From: Microcoleaceae cyanobacterium
GTDB taxonomy: Bacteria > Cyanobacteriota > Cyanobacteriia > Cyanobacteriales > Microcoleaceae
Assembly (NCBI GenBank): GCA_049649525.1
Contig: JBARZE010000001.1
Coordinates: forward strand, 1 to 32,000
DNA length: 32,000 bases
Direction of reading: 5' to 3'
Position numbers and translations under genes: made by a program. The notes below the pieces were generated by a model, which was not told where the DNA came from, ran no database searches, and saw only the letters and a list, made by a program, of their open reading frames with translations. This document shows positions 1 to 8,826 of this stretch, piece by piece; position 1 is the stretch's first letter, and the number at the start of each line of letters is the position of its first letter.

Positions 1-199
1 ATAAAATTAACGGATAAAATAATAGTAATTTTTCATGAAATACAGAAGTAAAACTGACTGAGTTAGAAAAGAATTAAGTAAGACTTCTGACTTCCGATTA
101 TATTATAGTCATTCCAGTTATTATCTATGAAATTAACGGATAAAATAATAGTAATTTTTCATGAAATACAGAAGTAAAACTGACTTCTAACTTACGAAT
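1..199. repeat. Imperfect direct repeat with ~126-bp period. The 56-bp core is identical at 4..59 and 130..185. Related tails lie at 82..97 and 182..197.
   Basis: Direct comparison: AAATTAACGGATAAAATAATAGTAATTTTTCATGAAATACAGAAGTAAAACTGACT occurs twice. The tail GACTTCTGACTTCCGA vs GACTTCTAACTTACGA matches 14/16. The second copy lacks ~26 bp between two GACT microhomologies. Each core contains the 10-bp palindrome TTTCATGAAA. The array may continue beyond the window start. Confidence 0.85.
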
Positions 200-241
200 G
201 ACTGCCACAAAAATCATGACAGTCAATTATCAAAAAATAAA

Positions 242-562
242 CTATTTTTGAACAACTTCTGTACTATTATTTTCTTCTATAGAAGCACTGGGAGCAGCCT
301 CTTTTAATGTTGCACCCACAATCTTTTCACAAGTGCCTGCTGGAACATAAATCCATTCTTCAGAATCACCATCTGTTGTTGCCATTCCTGCACAATCATG
401 AGCACTAGTCCCACAATCATTTTGTCCAGCTTTAACAATACCCGCACATTTTTCAAACCCAGCTTTCCCGGCTAAAACCTCTTCTGACTGAGTCCCTAAA
501 CCCAGTGCTAAAATACCAGTTAATGCAGCGGTAACAGCGACTTTATTTTTGATGTTATTCAT
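242..562 (-). CDS. DUF2282/BufA1-type secreted four-cysteine peptide (bufferin-like RiPP precursor family)
   Basis: 106 aa with an ATG start. N-terminal signal peptide [23 protein letters not shown]. Family signature [23 protein letters not shown]...[11 protein letters not shown] with Cys at 39, 50, 57 and 78. Confidence 0.8.
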   Translation of the reverse strand: MNNIKNKVAVTAALTGILALGLGTQSEEVLAGKAGFEKCAGIVKAGQNDCGTSAHDCAGMATTDGDSEEWIYVPAGTCEKIVGATLKEAAPSASIEENNSTEVVQK

Positions 563-878
563 GATTGAAATAATGTCTCCAATACTTTGTTTTAATAGCT
601 TTGAGGCAAATTATATCTGGAATAATTATCCGAAAACTATCTTAAGTCAAAATCCTATCGATATAACCTTAAATGAAGCTGAGAAAACGATGATTGAAAT
701 TTCATAAAAGTACTCATTGCCTTAACTACAGTCATTTGAGTTAATTATAATGGGTGGAGTGAGTCAGAAGTTGAGGGGAAATAAAGGAGACTAAGCTTGA
801 TGTCTATAGCAATAAAAAATAGAGATATAAACTACATTGCCTCCATAATAGGGGGTTTGGGGGCTGATATAGATTATT

Positions 879-1023
879 TTTTTTATAAATAAAGTAAGGT
901 TTATATATAGCATTCCTAAATCATTTATGAAAACTTTTTTAATCAACCACAAATACACTCATGACACAGAGGGAAGACGATAGAGAGTTTTTTATAAATA
1001 AAGTAAGATTGCTATATAACCTT
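879..1023. repeat. Two copies of a ~36-bp AT-rich element (879..914 and 988..1023) in the long divergent intergenic region
   Basis: The identical 20-mer TTTTTTATAAATAAAGTAAG sits at 879..898 and 988..1007. The following ~16 nt are about 70% identical between the two copies. Spacing is 109 bp. Confidence 0.7.
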
Positions 1024-1342
1024 ATTCAATAATAGAATAGTTCAATGATTCTTGAATATAGCTGATTCTTGCTTCAAACTACCTGTTAATGATATGTTAA
1101 ATGCATAGTTTAATTTTTTAGCGTTGTCTAGTCTACAAAACAGAATATATTTTTATCTCTATCCTCTATAGTGATTAGAAATTACTCTGGAATAATCAAT
1201 ATCATGACTAATTTTATAAAAAACCTAAAATCATTTATTCTATTGCCTATCTGGATTATATGTAAAAATAACTCTTGATAAAATTGCTATTGAAAATGCT
1301 AATATTATTTAGTTTATTGGAAAAACAAATATCAATAAAATC

Positions 1343-3823
1343 ATGAAACAGCAAAGGCGAGATATTTTAATTTTATGTTTAATTTGGCTACTTGCCGCCG
1401 TAAGCGATCGCCTATGGTTTGCTTTCGATAAAAGTGTTCCATCCTGGGATCAAGCTGATTATCTTACCGGTTCTTTTAACTATTTTTATTTTCTCCAATC
1501 TCCTCAATGGTTGTCCCCGGAATGGTGGAAAGAGTTATGGATGTTATCGCCAAAAGTGCCGCCATTAACCTATATTTTCACTGTTCCTTTTTTAAATATA
1601 TTTGGTAGAGGCGCAGATCAAAGTACTTTAGTTTATCTACTATTTAGTGCGATTTTATTGTATTCTGTTTACGGAATTGCTCGTCAACTATTTAATTCAA
1701 AAGTGGGTTTATGGGCGGCTGCATTATGTGTTGTATTTCCCGGATTATATGTTTATCGCTTACAATTTATCTTGGATTATCCTCTAATTGCAATGATAAC
1801 ATTCTGTTTTTATTGCCTAACAATATGGCGAGAAACAATAGATAAAAATAAGTCTATTAATAGTAGTGTTTGGACTATTCTACTCGGAATCAGCTTAGGA
1901 TTAGCAATATTAGTTAAACAGACAGCAATATTTTTCCTATTTATTCCGTTTTTATGGATAGGAATAGAACTGCTGAAAAAGCGATATTGGAAGAAAATAA
2001 TTCAATTATTATCCGCTGTCACTATTTCTATTATCATTATTTTTCCGTGGGTTAGAAGCAATTGGTTATTGATGTTAACGTCGGGAAAAAGAGCAACAAT
2101 AGATTCTGCTTTAGCTGAAGGTGACCCAGCTTTAAATACTATAAAAGCATGGACTTATTATTGGGATATATTACCTCAACAGATTTCCTGGCTATTGTTA
2201 ATTATTCCTATTGTGGGATTATTACTATTTGGTATTAAAACAAGACTAGAAATTAATCATCCTAAAGCCTATTCGTTTCGCTGGCTAATCGTATTTTTAA
2301 TAGGTGGCTATTTATTATGTTCTCTCAATATCAATAAAGACTTTCGCTACAGTTTACCCCTACTTCCTATATTCTCAATATTATTGGCTTATAGTTTACT
2401 GTGTTTTCCGAAATATTGGGGAAAAATAGTGCGTTGGCTGGTTGTAATATTAGCAATTATCATAATGGAATTGAGTCTATGGCCGATAGGTGGAAAAATT
2501 ACAGAACAGTTAATAACAGTAATTAGTCCGAAAGGAGAATATCAAGCTTATTTAGGTGAAGCTTTCCCTCATAAACAGGTAATTAACCAAATAACTAACA
2601 CTGAACCCTATTTACAATCTACCCTGGGTGTTTTACCCTCAACTCCAACCATTAATCAACATAATCTGAACTATTACGGTGCATTAACAGACTTTCAAGT
2701 TTATGCGAGGCAAGTGGGGACTCGCCTAGAAAATGTATTCCAGGATGCAGTATCTTTATCTTGGTTTGTGACAAAAACGAATGAACAAGGATCGGTTAAT
2801 CGAATTTCTGATGCTCAAGCTGCGATTGTGCAAGAAGTGGAAAAAGGTGTACAATTTAAATTGCATCAACAGTGGCAACTCAGAGATAAAAGTATTCTCA
2901 ATCTTTATCATCGTAAATTGCCTTATCTTGAAGTTACTCCCATTGATGTAGCCAGTTCAAAGATTCAATTAAAACAAGTCTTATTACCTCCTGTCGCCCC
3001 GCCTGGATTACCCATTCCCATTACTTATACTTGGACAGGTTCGGGAGAAGCGTTAAAATCAGGTTTAGTTTTATTAAGCTGGCAACAACAAACAAAAAAT
3101 CAACCCAATTCTCGATGGTTACATGATCATGGAATAGCGATGGGATTATTATATTCTGCTTCTGTCTCGGATGAGTCTAATTTTGCAGTGGTGGAAAGGA
3201 TGGGAATGTTGCCCCCAACAGAAGCAACGCCCGGAATTTATACTCTCAAAGCGACTTATTTAAACCGTCAAACAGGGGAAACTTACCCTATAGATATTCC
3301 GAATACTACTATCGAAATTAACCCTTCCTCAACGGCCCTACCTGCCCCAGAATTAGATTTAATTACCCAACTGCGGCAACTCGCCCAACAATTACCAAAA
3401 GGAATAACGGGATTAGAACCTGTTTTTGATCAAGTGGCTCGGATTAATCAATATGATCCCACACAAGATTATTTACGTCAAGCCGAACAATCTTTAACTT
3501 ATCGTTTGCAGCAACAACCGAATAATTTAAAATTAGCTTATAGTTTAACATTAGCCACTGTTTTACAACAGGATGCTGAGGCGGCGATCGCGGCTTTAAA
3601 TCAAGTTGTTAAATTAGATTCAAATAATGCTTTCGCCCATGCTTATCTGGCTTTTGTTTATTTATATAATTTGCAACCGAAAGCGGCTGAAACAGCTTTA
3701 AAACCTGCCTTAATTATGCAACCCAATCAAATAGAATTTCAACTGCTTGAAAGAATTGCTAAGCTGATGCAAGGCAACTTAAAAGCTGGGTGGGAAGCAT
3801 TAAAAATAGCGAATCAAGAATGA
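1343..3823 (+). CDS. Polytopic GT-C glycosyltransferase (family 39 / ArnT-PMT-like) with a C-terminal TPR region
   Basis: 826 aa. About 12 hydrophobic helices in the first ~400 aa. An acidic first-loop motif (SWDQADY) sits where ArnT/PMT enzymes carry their DE motif. The soluble C-terminal half ends in TPR-like repeats (AFAHAYLAFVYLYNLQPKAAETALKPAL). Confidence 0.7.
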   Translation: MKQQRRDILILCLIWLLAAVSDRLWFAFDKSVPSWDQADYLTGSFNYFYFLQSPQWLSPEWWKELWMLSPKVPPLTYIFTVPFLNIFGRGADQSTLVYLLFSAILLYSVYGIARQLFNSKVGLWAAALCVVFPGLYVYRLQFILDYPLIAMITFCFYCLTIWRETIDKNKSINSSVWTILLGISLGLAILVKQTAIFFLFIPFLWIGIELLKKRYWKKIIQLLSAVTISIIIIFPWVRSNWLLMLTSGKRATIDSALAEGDPALNTIKAWTYYWDILPQQISWLLLIIPIVGLLLFGIKTRLEINHPKAYSFRWLIVFLIGGYLLCSLNINKDFRYSLPLLPIFSILLAYSLLCFPKYWGKIVRWLVVILAIIIMELSLWPIGGKITEQLITVISPKGEYQAYLGEAFPHKQVINQITNTEPYLQSTLGVLPSTPTINQHNLNYYGALTDFQVYARQVGTRLENVFQDAVSLSWFVTKTNEQGSVNRISDAQAAIVQEVEKGVQFKLHQQWQLRDKSILNLYHRKLPYLEVTPIDVASSKIQLKQVLLPPVAPPGLPIPITYTWTGSGEALKSGLVLLSWQQQTKNQPNSRWLHDHGIAMGLLYSASVSDESNFAVVERMGMLPPTEATPGIYTLKATYLNRQTGETYPIDIPNTTIEINPSSTALPAPELDLITQLRQLAQQLPKGITGLEPVFDQVARINQYDPTQDYLRQAEQSLTYRLQQQPNNLKLAYSLTLATVLQQDAEAAIAALNQVVKLDSNNAFAHAYLAFVYLYNLQPKAAETALKPALIMQPNQIEFQLLERIAKLMQGNLKAGWEALKIANQE

Positions 3824-3931
3824 TAATAGACTTCATCGCAGTTTTTAAAAATGAGGAAAAAAGAAAATAAGGGGTATTAAAAGTACCCAAAATGACTATT
3901 TTTTGAATCTTGAAAAAAACATAATAAACAA

Positions 3932-4840
3932 TTAACTAATAAATCCTAATATAGCCTGGGCTGTCAATTGAGGTTGTTCTAAATGAGGCACATGACCACA
4001 ATTAGGAATCCATTTTAATTGAGAATTCGCAATAAGTTGCTGAAAGTTTGCTGCATCTTTTGTGCCTAATATTTTGTCATTTTCGCCCCAAATAATTAAA
4101 GTATTTTGCTTTATCTTTTTTAACTGATTTTTATAACTGCCATAACCGCCACTTTTGGTAAAACTAATTAAAGCCTGACTCCAATTGGGATGTTCTAAAT
4201 GTAAAGCGGCACAAATTCTGGCATCTTCTGAGGCGAATTGTTTATTAAAATAGGCATTTTGACTAATTCCTTGACGCACTTTAGGATTACTTAAAAAATT
4301 AGTTGCCCAACGATCAAACGGTGAAAATAAGAACTTGCCAATAATAGGCCCACGACTGATACCCGCACTATCAATTAAGACTAAATATTTAACTAATTCT
4401 GGATAAGATAAAGTGAAATCAATCGCGGCTGCACCGCCCATCGAAGCCCCAACTACAATGCAGGGTTGATTAATCAATGCTTTCCAAAAACTATATAAAT
4501 GAGTGGTAATATTTTGAGGATTAATTGCAATATTTGTATCTCTTTCTGTTAATCCAAATCCTAATAAATCAACAGCGAAAATTTGATTTTGATGAGCGAG
4601 TAAAGGTAATAAACGGCGAAACTCAAATACAGAACTGTCAAATCCATGTAATAATAAAATTGGTATTCCACCATTGCCTTGATGAACATAGGTGGTTTGT
4701 AGTGGTGAATCTTTGAGATGGGTTGTAATTCCTTGTAATTGTAGGTTTTGAGCCAGTTGAATAGAAGTAGATTCAGTTAGCTGTTCAGCTAAGGAAGGAA
4801 GAAGACTTGGAAACATTGATCGTGGTAAAGCAGCGATCAT
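3932..4840 (-). CDS. Alpha/beta-fold hydrolase
   Basis: 302 aa. HGFDSS oxyanion region, nucleophile elbow GASMGG, and a C-terminal CGHVPHLEQP catalytic-His motif. Confidence 0.85.
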   Translation of the reverse strand: MIAALPRSMFPSLLPSLAEQLTESTSIQLAQNLQLQGITTHLKDSPLQTTYVHQGNGGIPILLLHGFDSSVFEFRRLLPLLAHQNQIFAVDLLGFGLTERDTNIAINPQNITTHLYSFWKALINQPCIVVGASMGGAAAIDFTLSYPELVKYLVLIDSAGISRGPIIGKFLFSPFDRWATNFLSNPKVRQGISQNAYFNKQFASEDARICAALHLEHPNWSQALISFTKSGGYGSYKNQLKKIKQNTLIIWGENDKILGTKDAANFQQLIANSQLKWIPNCGHVPHLEQPQLTAQAILGFIS

Positions 4841-5037
4841 ACTTTACAACTTATTACAGGCACTTGACAAATGCTGTTTAACTGATTATTGCTTCAGGGT
4901 TGAACGGAATTGATAATTCTTAACACAATTTTTCATTTAATCAAGATAGGCTATTAATTCAGATGGTTTGATAGACTGTCTTTTCACCATGAAATCAACT
5001 TGTTGTTAATTTTTACTTTTGGGATCAAAAATATAAT

Positions 5038-5757
5038 ATGAGTGTTAATTTAGCGACTCAACTCCGGGAGGGAACCAAAAAGTCCCACACCATGGCAGAA
5101 AATGTGGGATTTATCAAATGCTTCTTAAAGGGAACCGTTGAGAAAACCTCTTACCGTAAATTAGCGGCAAATCTTTACTTCGTTTATTCTGCGATGGAAG
5201 AAGAGATGGAACGTCATCAAAACCATCCAATTCTGTCTCAGGTTTATTTCCCCGAGTTAAACCGCAAACAAAGTTTAGAAAAAGATCTATACTTCTATTA
5301 CGGTTCCAATTGGCGGGAAACGATTGAGCCTTCTGAAGCAACTAAAGCTTATGTACAGCGCATCCGAGATTTGTCTAACAATCAACCCGAATTGCTCATT
5401 GCTCATCTTTATACTCGCTATTTAGGCGATCTCTCCGGTGGACAAATTCTCAAAGGAATTGCTCAACGCGGCATGAACTTAAGTGAGGGTCAAGGGACTC
5501 AATTTTATGAGTTTGATGATATCCCTGATGAGAAAGCGTTTAAAGCCAATTATCGCTCTGCGATGAATAATTTACCCATTGACCAAACAACAGCCGAACA
5601 AATTGTACAGGAAGCTAACGATGCTTTTGGGATGAATATGAAGCTGTTTAATGAGTTAGAAGGTAACTTAATCAAAGCCATTGGTTTAATGCTATTTAAC
5701 ACATTAACCCGTAAACGCACGAAAGGAGCCACCGAACTGGCAACCGCTGCGGATTAA
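5038..5757 (+). CDS. ho1: Heme oxygenase 1 (biliverdin-producing)
   Basis: 239 aa. The N-terminus LATQLREGTKKSHTMAENVGFIKCFLKG and the YTRYLGDLSGGQILK motif are canonical for HO-1 family proteins of cyanobacteria. Confidence 0.92.
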   Translation: MSVNLATQLREGTKKSHTMAENVGFIKCFLKGTVEKTSYRKLAANLYFVYSAMEEEMERHQNHPILSQVYFPELNRKQSLEKDLYFYYGSNWRETIEPSEATKAYVQRIRDLSNNQPELLIAHLYTRYLGDLSGGQILKGIAQRGMNLSEGQGTQFYEFDDIPDEKAFKANYRSAMNNLPIDQTTAEQIVQEANDAFGMNMKLFNELEGNLIKAIGLMLFNTLTRKRTKGATELATAAD

Positions 5758-5798
5758 TTAATCACAAACAAGAGTTAGCTGATTTTGAGATAATAATG

Positions 5799-5847
5799 CC
5801 CTGAAAGCCAGATGGCGTATGTAGCGTCGCTAGGTTTTCAGGGTTTT
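5799..5847 (+). terminator. Candidate Rho-independent terminator of ho1
   Basis: 11-bp stem CCCTGAAAGCC (5799..5809) / GGTTTTCAGGG (5833..5843), including one G-U pair. The loop is 23 nt and is followed by TTTT (5844..5847). The large loop lowers confidence. Confidence 0.5.
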
Positions 5848-5872
5848 GCCATGAACAGACATTTAAACCCAA

Positions 5873-6115
5873 CTAATCTTGAACGGTACTATCAGAGTAA
5901 TGATTAGTTTTAGCCAATTTTAGGACAGGGCTAAAAATTGAACCTCGAATGGCTTCTGCTTCGACTTCAGAGTCACTCGACTCCTGTTGAGCTGTAATTT
6001 CGTCTTTTAATCTGAAGCTTCTAATTTCAGGCTCAGAAGACCAGATCATAGAGTACCCTCCAACCATGAGGCTACAAGCTAAACCAACCCAATAGATATC
6101 CCGTTTCTGAAACAT
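5873..6115 (-). CDS. Small hypothetical single-pass membrane protein with an acidic tail
   Basis: 80 aa with an ATG start. AGGAGA precedes the start by 7 nt on the minus strand. One hydrophobic helix (IYWVGLACSLMVGGYSMIW). No family recognised. Confidence 0.45.
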   Translation of the reverse strand: MFQKRDIYWVGLACSLMVGGYSMIWSSEPEIRSFRLKDEITAQQESSDSEVEAEAIRGSIFSPVLKLAKTNHYSDSTVQD

Positions 6116-6327
6116 TCAAGCTTCTCCTGAGGATGCCATCACAAATTATATCTTGTTCTACTGAAATTGTTGTATCCGGATCGGCGAAAATCTCGTTAGA
6201 ATTTCTTATACATCTTTTGTAAATACTGGGATATTGTCAATCTGTGATTCAACTCAGATAACACAAAAATTATATCATTGGGAATAGAGGGACAATTCTT
6301 CTACTGACTCATTGATAGTCAACGCGA

Positions 6328-6537
6328 GGGAGTAGGGAGTAGGGAGTAGGAGATGGGGGAGACTTGGGAGACTTGGGAGACTTGGAGAGATGGGGGATAT
6401 GGGAGACTTGGAGAGATGGGGGATATGGGAGACTTGGAGACTTGGAGACTTGGGAGAGATGGGGGATATGGGAGACTTGGAGACTTGGGGGAGATGGGAG
6501 AGATGGGGGAGATGGGAGAGATGGGAGAGATGGGAGA
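6328..6537 (+). repeat. G-rich compound microsatellite: GGGAGTA x3, then GGGAGACTT / GGAGAGAT / GGGGGATAT-type 7-9-mers
   Basis: Read directly. Runs such as GGGAGACTTGGGAGACTTGGGAGACTT and GGGGGAGATGGGAGAGATGGGGGAGATGGGAGAGATGGGAGAGATGGG. It generates overlapping repeat-artefact ORFs on both strands. Confidence 0.9.
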
Positions 6538-6612
6538 CTGAGTGCCCATTACCTGTTGCCTTACTCATAATTCATAATTCAAACCCCTGTAGCGCTACAC
6601 AAAGCACTATCG

Positions 6613-8619
6613 TTATTCCCAATCTTGCCAAGAATTGTTAAAAATCGAGGTTTCAGGAAAAATAGTCGGGTTTCCCCGTTGTTGAATTCGACGCTGTAAA
6701 GCCTCTAACTGCGCTTCTGGGCGCGGTAACTCATCAACTAATTCATAAGGAAATAAATCTTGTTCTAAAGCAAAATCAGCCGTCATTGCTGCCGCCACCC
6801 CAGAAGACCATTCAAACGAATGCACCCGATACGCAGCAGAGGCGATATGAGTGGTGGCGATACTTTTACCCACAATTAACAAATTATCCAATTTTTGCGG
6901 AATCATCGCCCTCAGAGGAATTTGGAACGGATAAGCCGCCCCTTGCCCAAGACGTTCCCCGGCACGTTCTGTGTTTCCCGGCGCTTCTGGGGGACTGAGG
7001 GTCATGCAGGGATGAAAATCAATTGCATAATGACCAATACCCACGGAATCTTGATAAATTGTAGCGCGTTCTCTCTGTGTAGTTTCCGCAATAGTTTTTT
7101 CTTGGGTAATTAAAGCGGGTAATTCTAACCCGACTAAGCGAGTCCACAGCGTACGATAATCAGATAGGGATAAATTTTCACTATAAAAATCTTTGCTAAA
7201 ATCATTGCGAGAAATATCGATTTCTGCGATCGCAAACCCGTCTGGGTATCCCCAAGTCGGACGACCAATAATGCGGCGACCTTCGCGAATATAAGGATAT
7301 TTAGATAACCCATGTTCGGTTCCCATGGGAGAGTCTAAACCTGTAACATAACGATGGTTAGGATGAGGCTGTTTAACGTTATCTCCCAACTGAGAATCTG
7401 TTTCTCCAGTTACTAACCAATAAAAGTACCCTATTGCGTGTTCTTCCCCCCGTTGCAAAGCTTCAGTGCGTAAACCCCCCATCCATTCTCCTGGTTGTAA
7501 CTGTCCGGTTGCTTGTAATTGATTGCGAGTTAAAATAAAATTATCTTCAGGATTTCCCGGACGATAATCATTTCCCCAAGTCCAATTTTGCATGGAAATA
7601 TCACCGGGATAAATCGGCCATTCTCGTACATTTCCCGGTCGAGTTTCATCCGGTTTCATGCTATGAATTCGACGATAAGTATAGACTAAAGCAAAGTTAG
7701 CGAGTCGTTCTAATTCATAACTATAATACGGGGCATATTGTGAATAGAAACTTGGTAATTTATGGTTTTGAGGTAATTCTGTTGCCTGCATGGCAAAAGT
7801 ATAAGTAAAACCTTGAGTACAATATTGCATCCCTTCAATACTAGAAGAGGTGGGTTCATCAGGGGAGCGTGGATCGACTCCTAATTGATAAGGAATATCT
7901 GTTAAACCAATAATTTCCCCGGTTTCTGTTGCTTCAATCACATACCAAGGCGTAGATTTATTGTTAGATTTAGGAGGAATAAATTCTATAATTGTTTTCT
8001 TGAGCCGCGCCGAATCTTCGTAACGATATGCATCTTCAATAATATAAGATAACGGTTCAGTATTCAGGGGTGGTGTACCCGCAACAGGTTGATGTTTAAT
8101 TGCCATCACTTGAGTAATTTGACGGTTATCTGTTTTCACTTCTTTAACCACCGTTGAAGGAAACCATTTTAAAGTACCGTTGCCTTTTTGGGCAGCATCT
8201 TGTAACATTTCAAATAAGATATTATGCCCATCAACAGGTAGAAAACAAGACACACTCACCCAACATCCACCCGGATTTAACCGACCATAAAACGCTTCAA
8301 TTCGTTCTCTTAATTCCAGATAACCTTGAGGAAAATAGAGTAGCGATCGCTGAGTTTTGCGTTCATCTAAAGCAGAAGTTCCTTGAGAAGAAATTTGACC
8401 GCCAACCCAGTCGGTAATTTCTGTCATACAAACGGTTCGTCCGGCAAGTAATGCTTCATAAGCCGTTGCTGAACCCGCTAAACCGCCGCCAATGACTAAA
8501 ATATCGCAGGTTTCTTGTTGGTCAGGAATTGGGGTTGCTTCTACTTTTGGAAGTATAATTCCAAGAGAAATAATGCTAAAAAATATAGGAATAAAAGAAC
8601 GTTTTCTGAATGCTCTCAT
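6613..8619 (-). CDS. Secreted or membrane-anchored FAD-dependent oxidoreductase
   Basis: The ORF track starts at TTG 8625. ATG at 8619 (MRAFRKRS...) is more likely. N-terminal signal/anchor FIPIFFSIISLGIILPKVEA. Dinucleotide-binding motif DILVIGGGLAGSATAYEALLAGRTVCMTE. Confidence 0.8.
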   Translation of the reverse strand: MRAFRKRSFIPIFFSIISLGIILPKVEATPIPDQQETCDILVIGGGLAGSATAYEALLAGRTVCMTEITDWVGGQISSQGTSALDERKTQRSLLYFPQGYLELRERIEAFYGRLNPGGCWVSVSCFLPVDGHNILFEMLQDAAQKGNGTLKWFPSTVVKEVKTDNRQITQVMAIKHQPVAGTPPLNTEPLSYIIEDAYRYEDSARLKKTIIEFIPPKSNNKSTPWYVIEATETGEIIGLTDIPYQLGVDPRSPDEPTSSSIEGMQYCTQGFTYTFAMQATELPQNHKLPSFYSQYAPYYSYELERLANFALVYTYRRIHSMKPDETRPGNVREWPIYPGDISMQNWTWGNDYRPGNPEDNFILTRNQLQATGQLQPGEWMGGLRTEALQRGEEHAIGYFYWLVTGETDSQLGDNVKQPHPNHRYVTGLDSPMGTEHGLSKYPYIREGRRIIGRPTWGYPDGFAIAEIDISRNDFSKDFYSENLSLSDYRTLWTRLVGLELPALITQEKTIAETTQRERATIYQDSVGIGHYAIDFHPCMTLSPPEAPGNTERAGERLGQGAAYPFQIPLRAMIPQKLDNLLIVGKSIATTHIASAAYRVHSFEWSSGVAAAMTADFALEQDLFPYELVDELPRPEAQLEALQRRIQQRGNPTIFPETSIFNNSWQDWE

Positions 8620-8780
8620 GATCAAAATAAAATCTATTATAAAAACGTTAAATATAACACCTCTACAGGATTTAATAAAATGTCCTTACCCCGAACCCAC
8701 CCTCTAAAATCTTTATGATATAGCACTACGTTCTATGGTGTAAGACAATTCAAAATCCTGTGATCCTCTTACCGTCTACT

Positions 8781-8822
8781 GTTCTCCGTTTCCTGTTCCC
8801 TATTCCCTATTCCCTGTTCCCT
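8781..8822 (-). repeat. Six tandem heptamers. The minus strand reads AGGGAAC AGGGAAT AGGGAAT AGGGAAC AGGAAAC GGAGAAC.
   Basis: Plus strand: GTTCTCC GTTTCCT GTTCCCT ATTCCCT ATTCCCT GTTCCCT. It lies between the stop of 8827..9888 and the start of 6613..8619. Confidence 0.85.
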
Positions 8823-8826
8823 AGCG

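Noticed and set aside
1-199. CRISPR array, considered here and at 6328..6537
   Set aside because: There are only two long copies here, with a non-spacer-like shared tail. The 6.3-kb locus has 7-9-nt units without unique spacers. No cas genes are in the window.
4864-4892. Sigma70-type promoter upstream of ho1 (TTGACA at 4864..4869)
   Set aside because: No convincing -10 hexamer lies at 16-18 nt spacing. TATTGC at 17 nt lacks the invariant final T, and ATTATT sits at 15 nt. This is too weak to call without TSS data.
6275-6641. Five overlapping ORFs on both strands (97, 76, 62, 68 and 83 aa) with SPISPISP / GEMGEMGD-type translations
   Set aside because: They lie entirely in the G-rich microsatellite. 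Open frames on both strands and in several phases are the expected artefact of a stop-free short tandem repeat. There is no start context and no non-repetitive domain.
8492-8718. Two short plus-strand ORFs (71 and 67 aa) overlapping the 5' end and upstream region of the FAD-oxidoreductase gene
   Set aside because: They overlap each other and the minus-strand signal-peptide coding region. Their composition is AT-rich and Lys/Asn/Ile-biased, typical of non-coding sequence. No RBS or motif is present.
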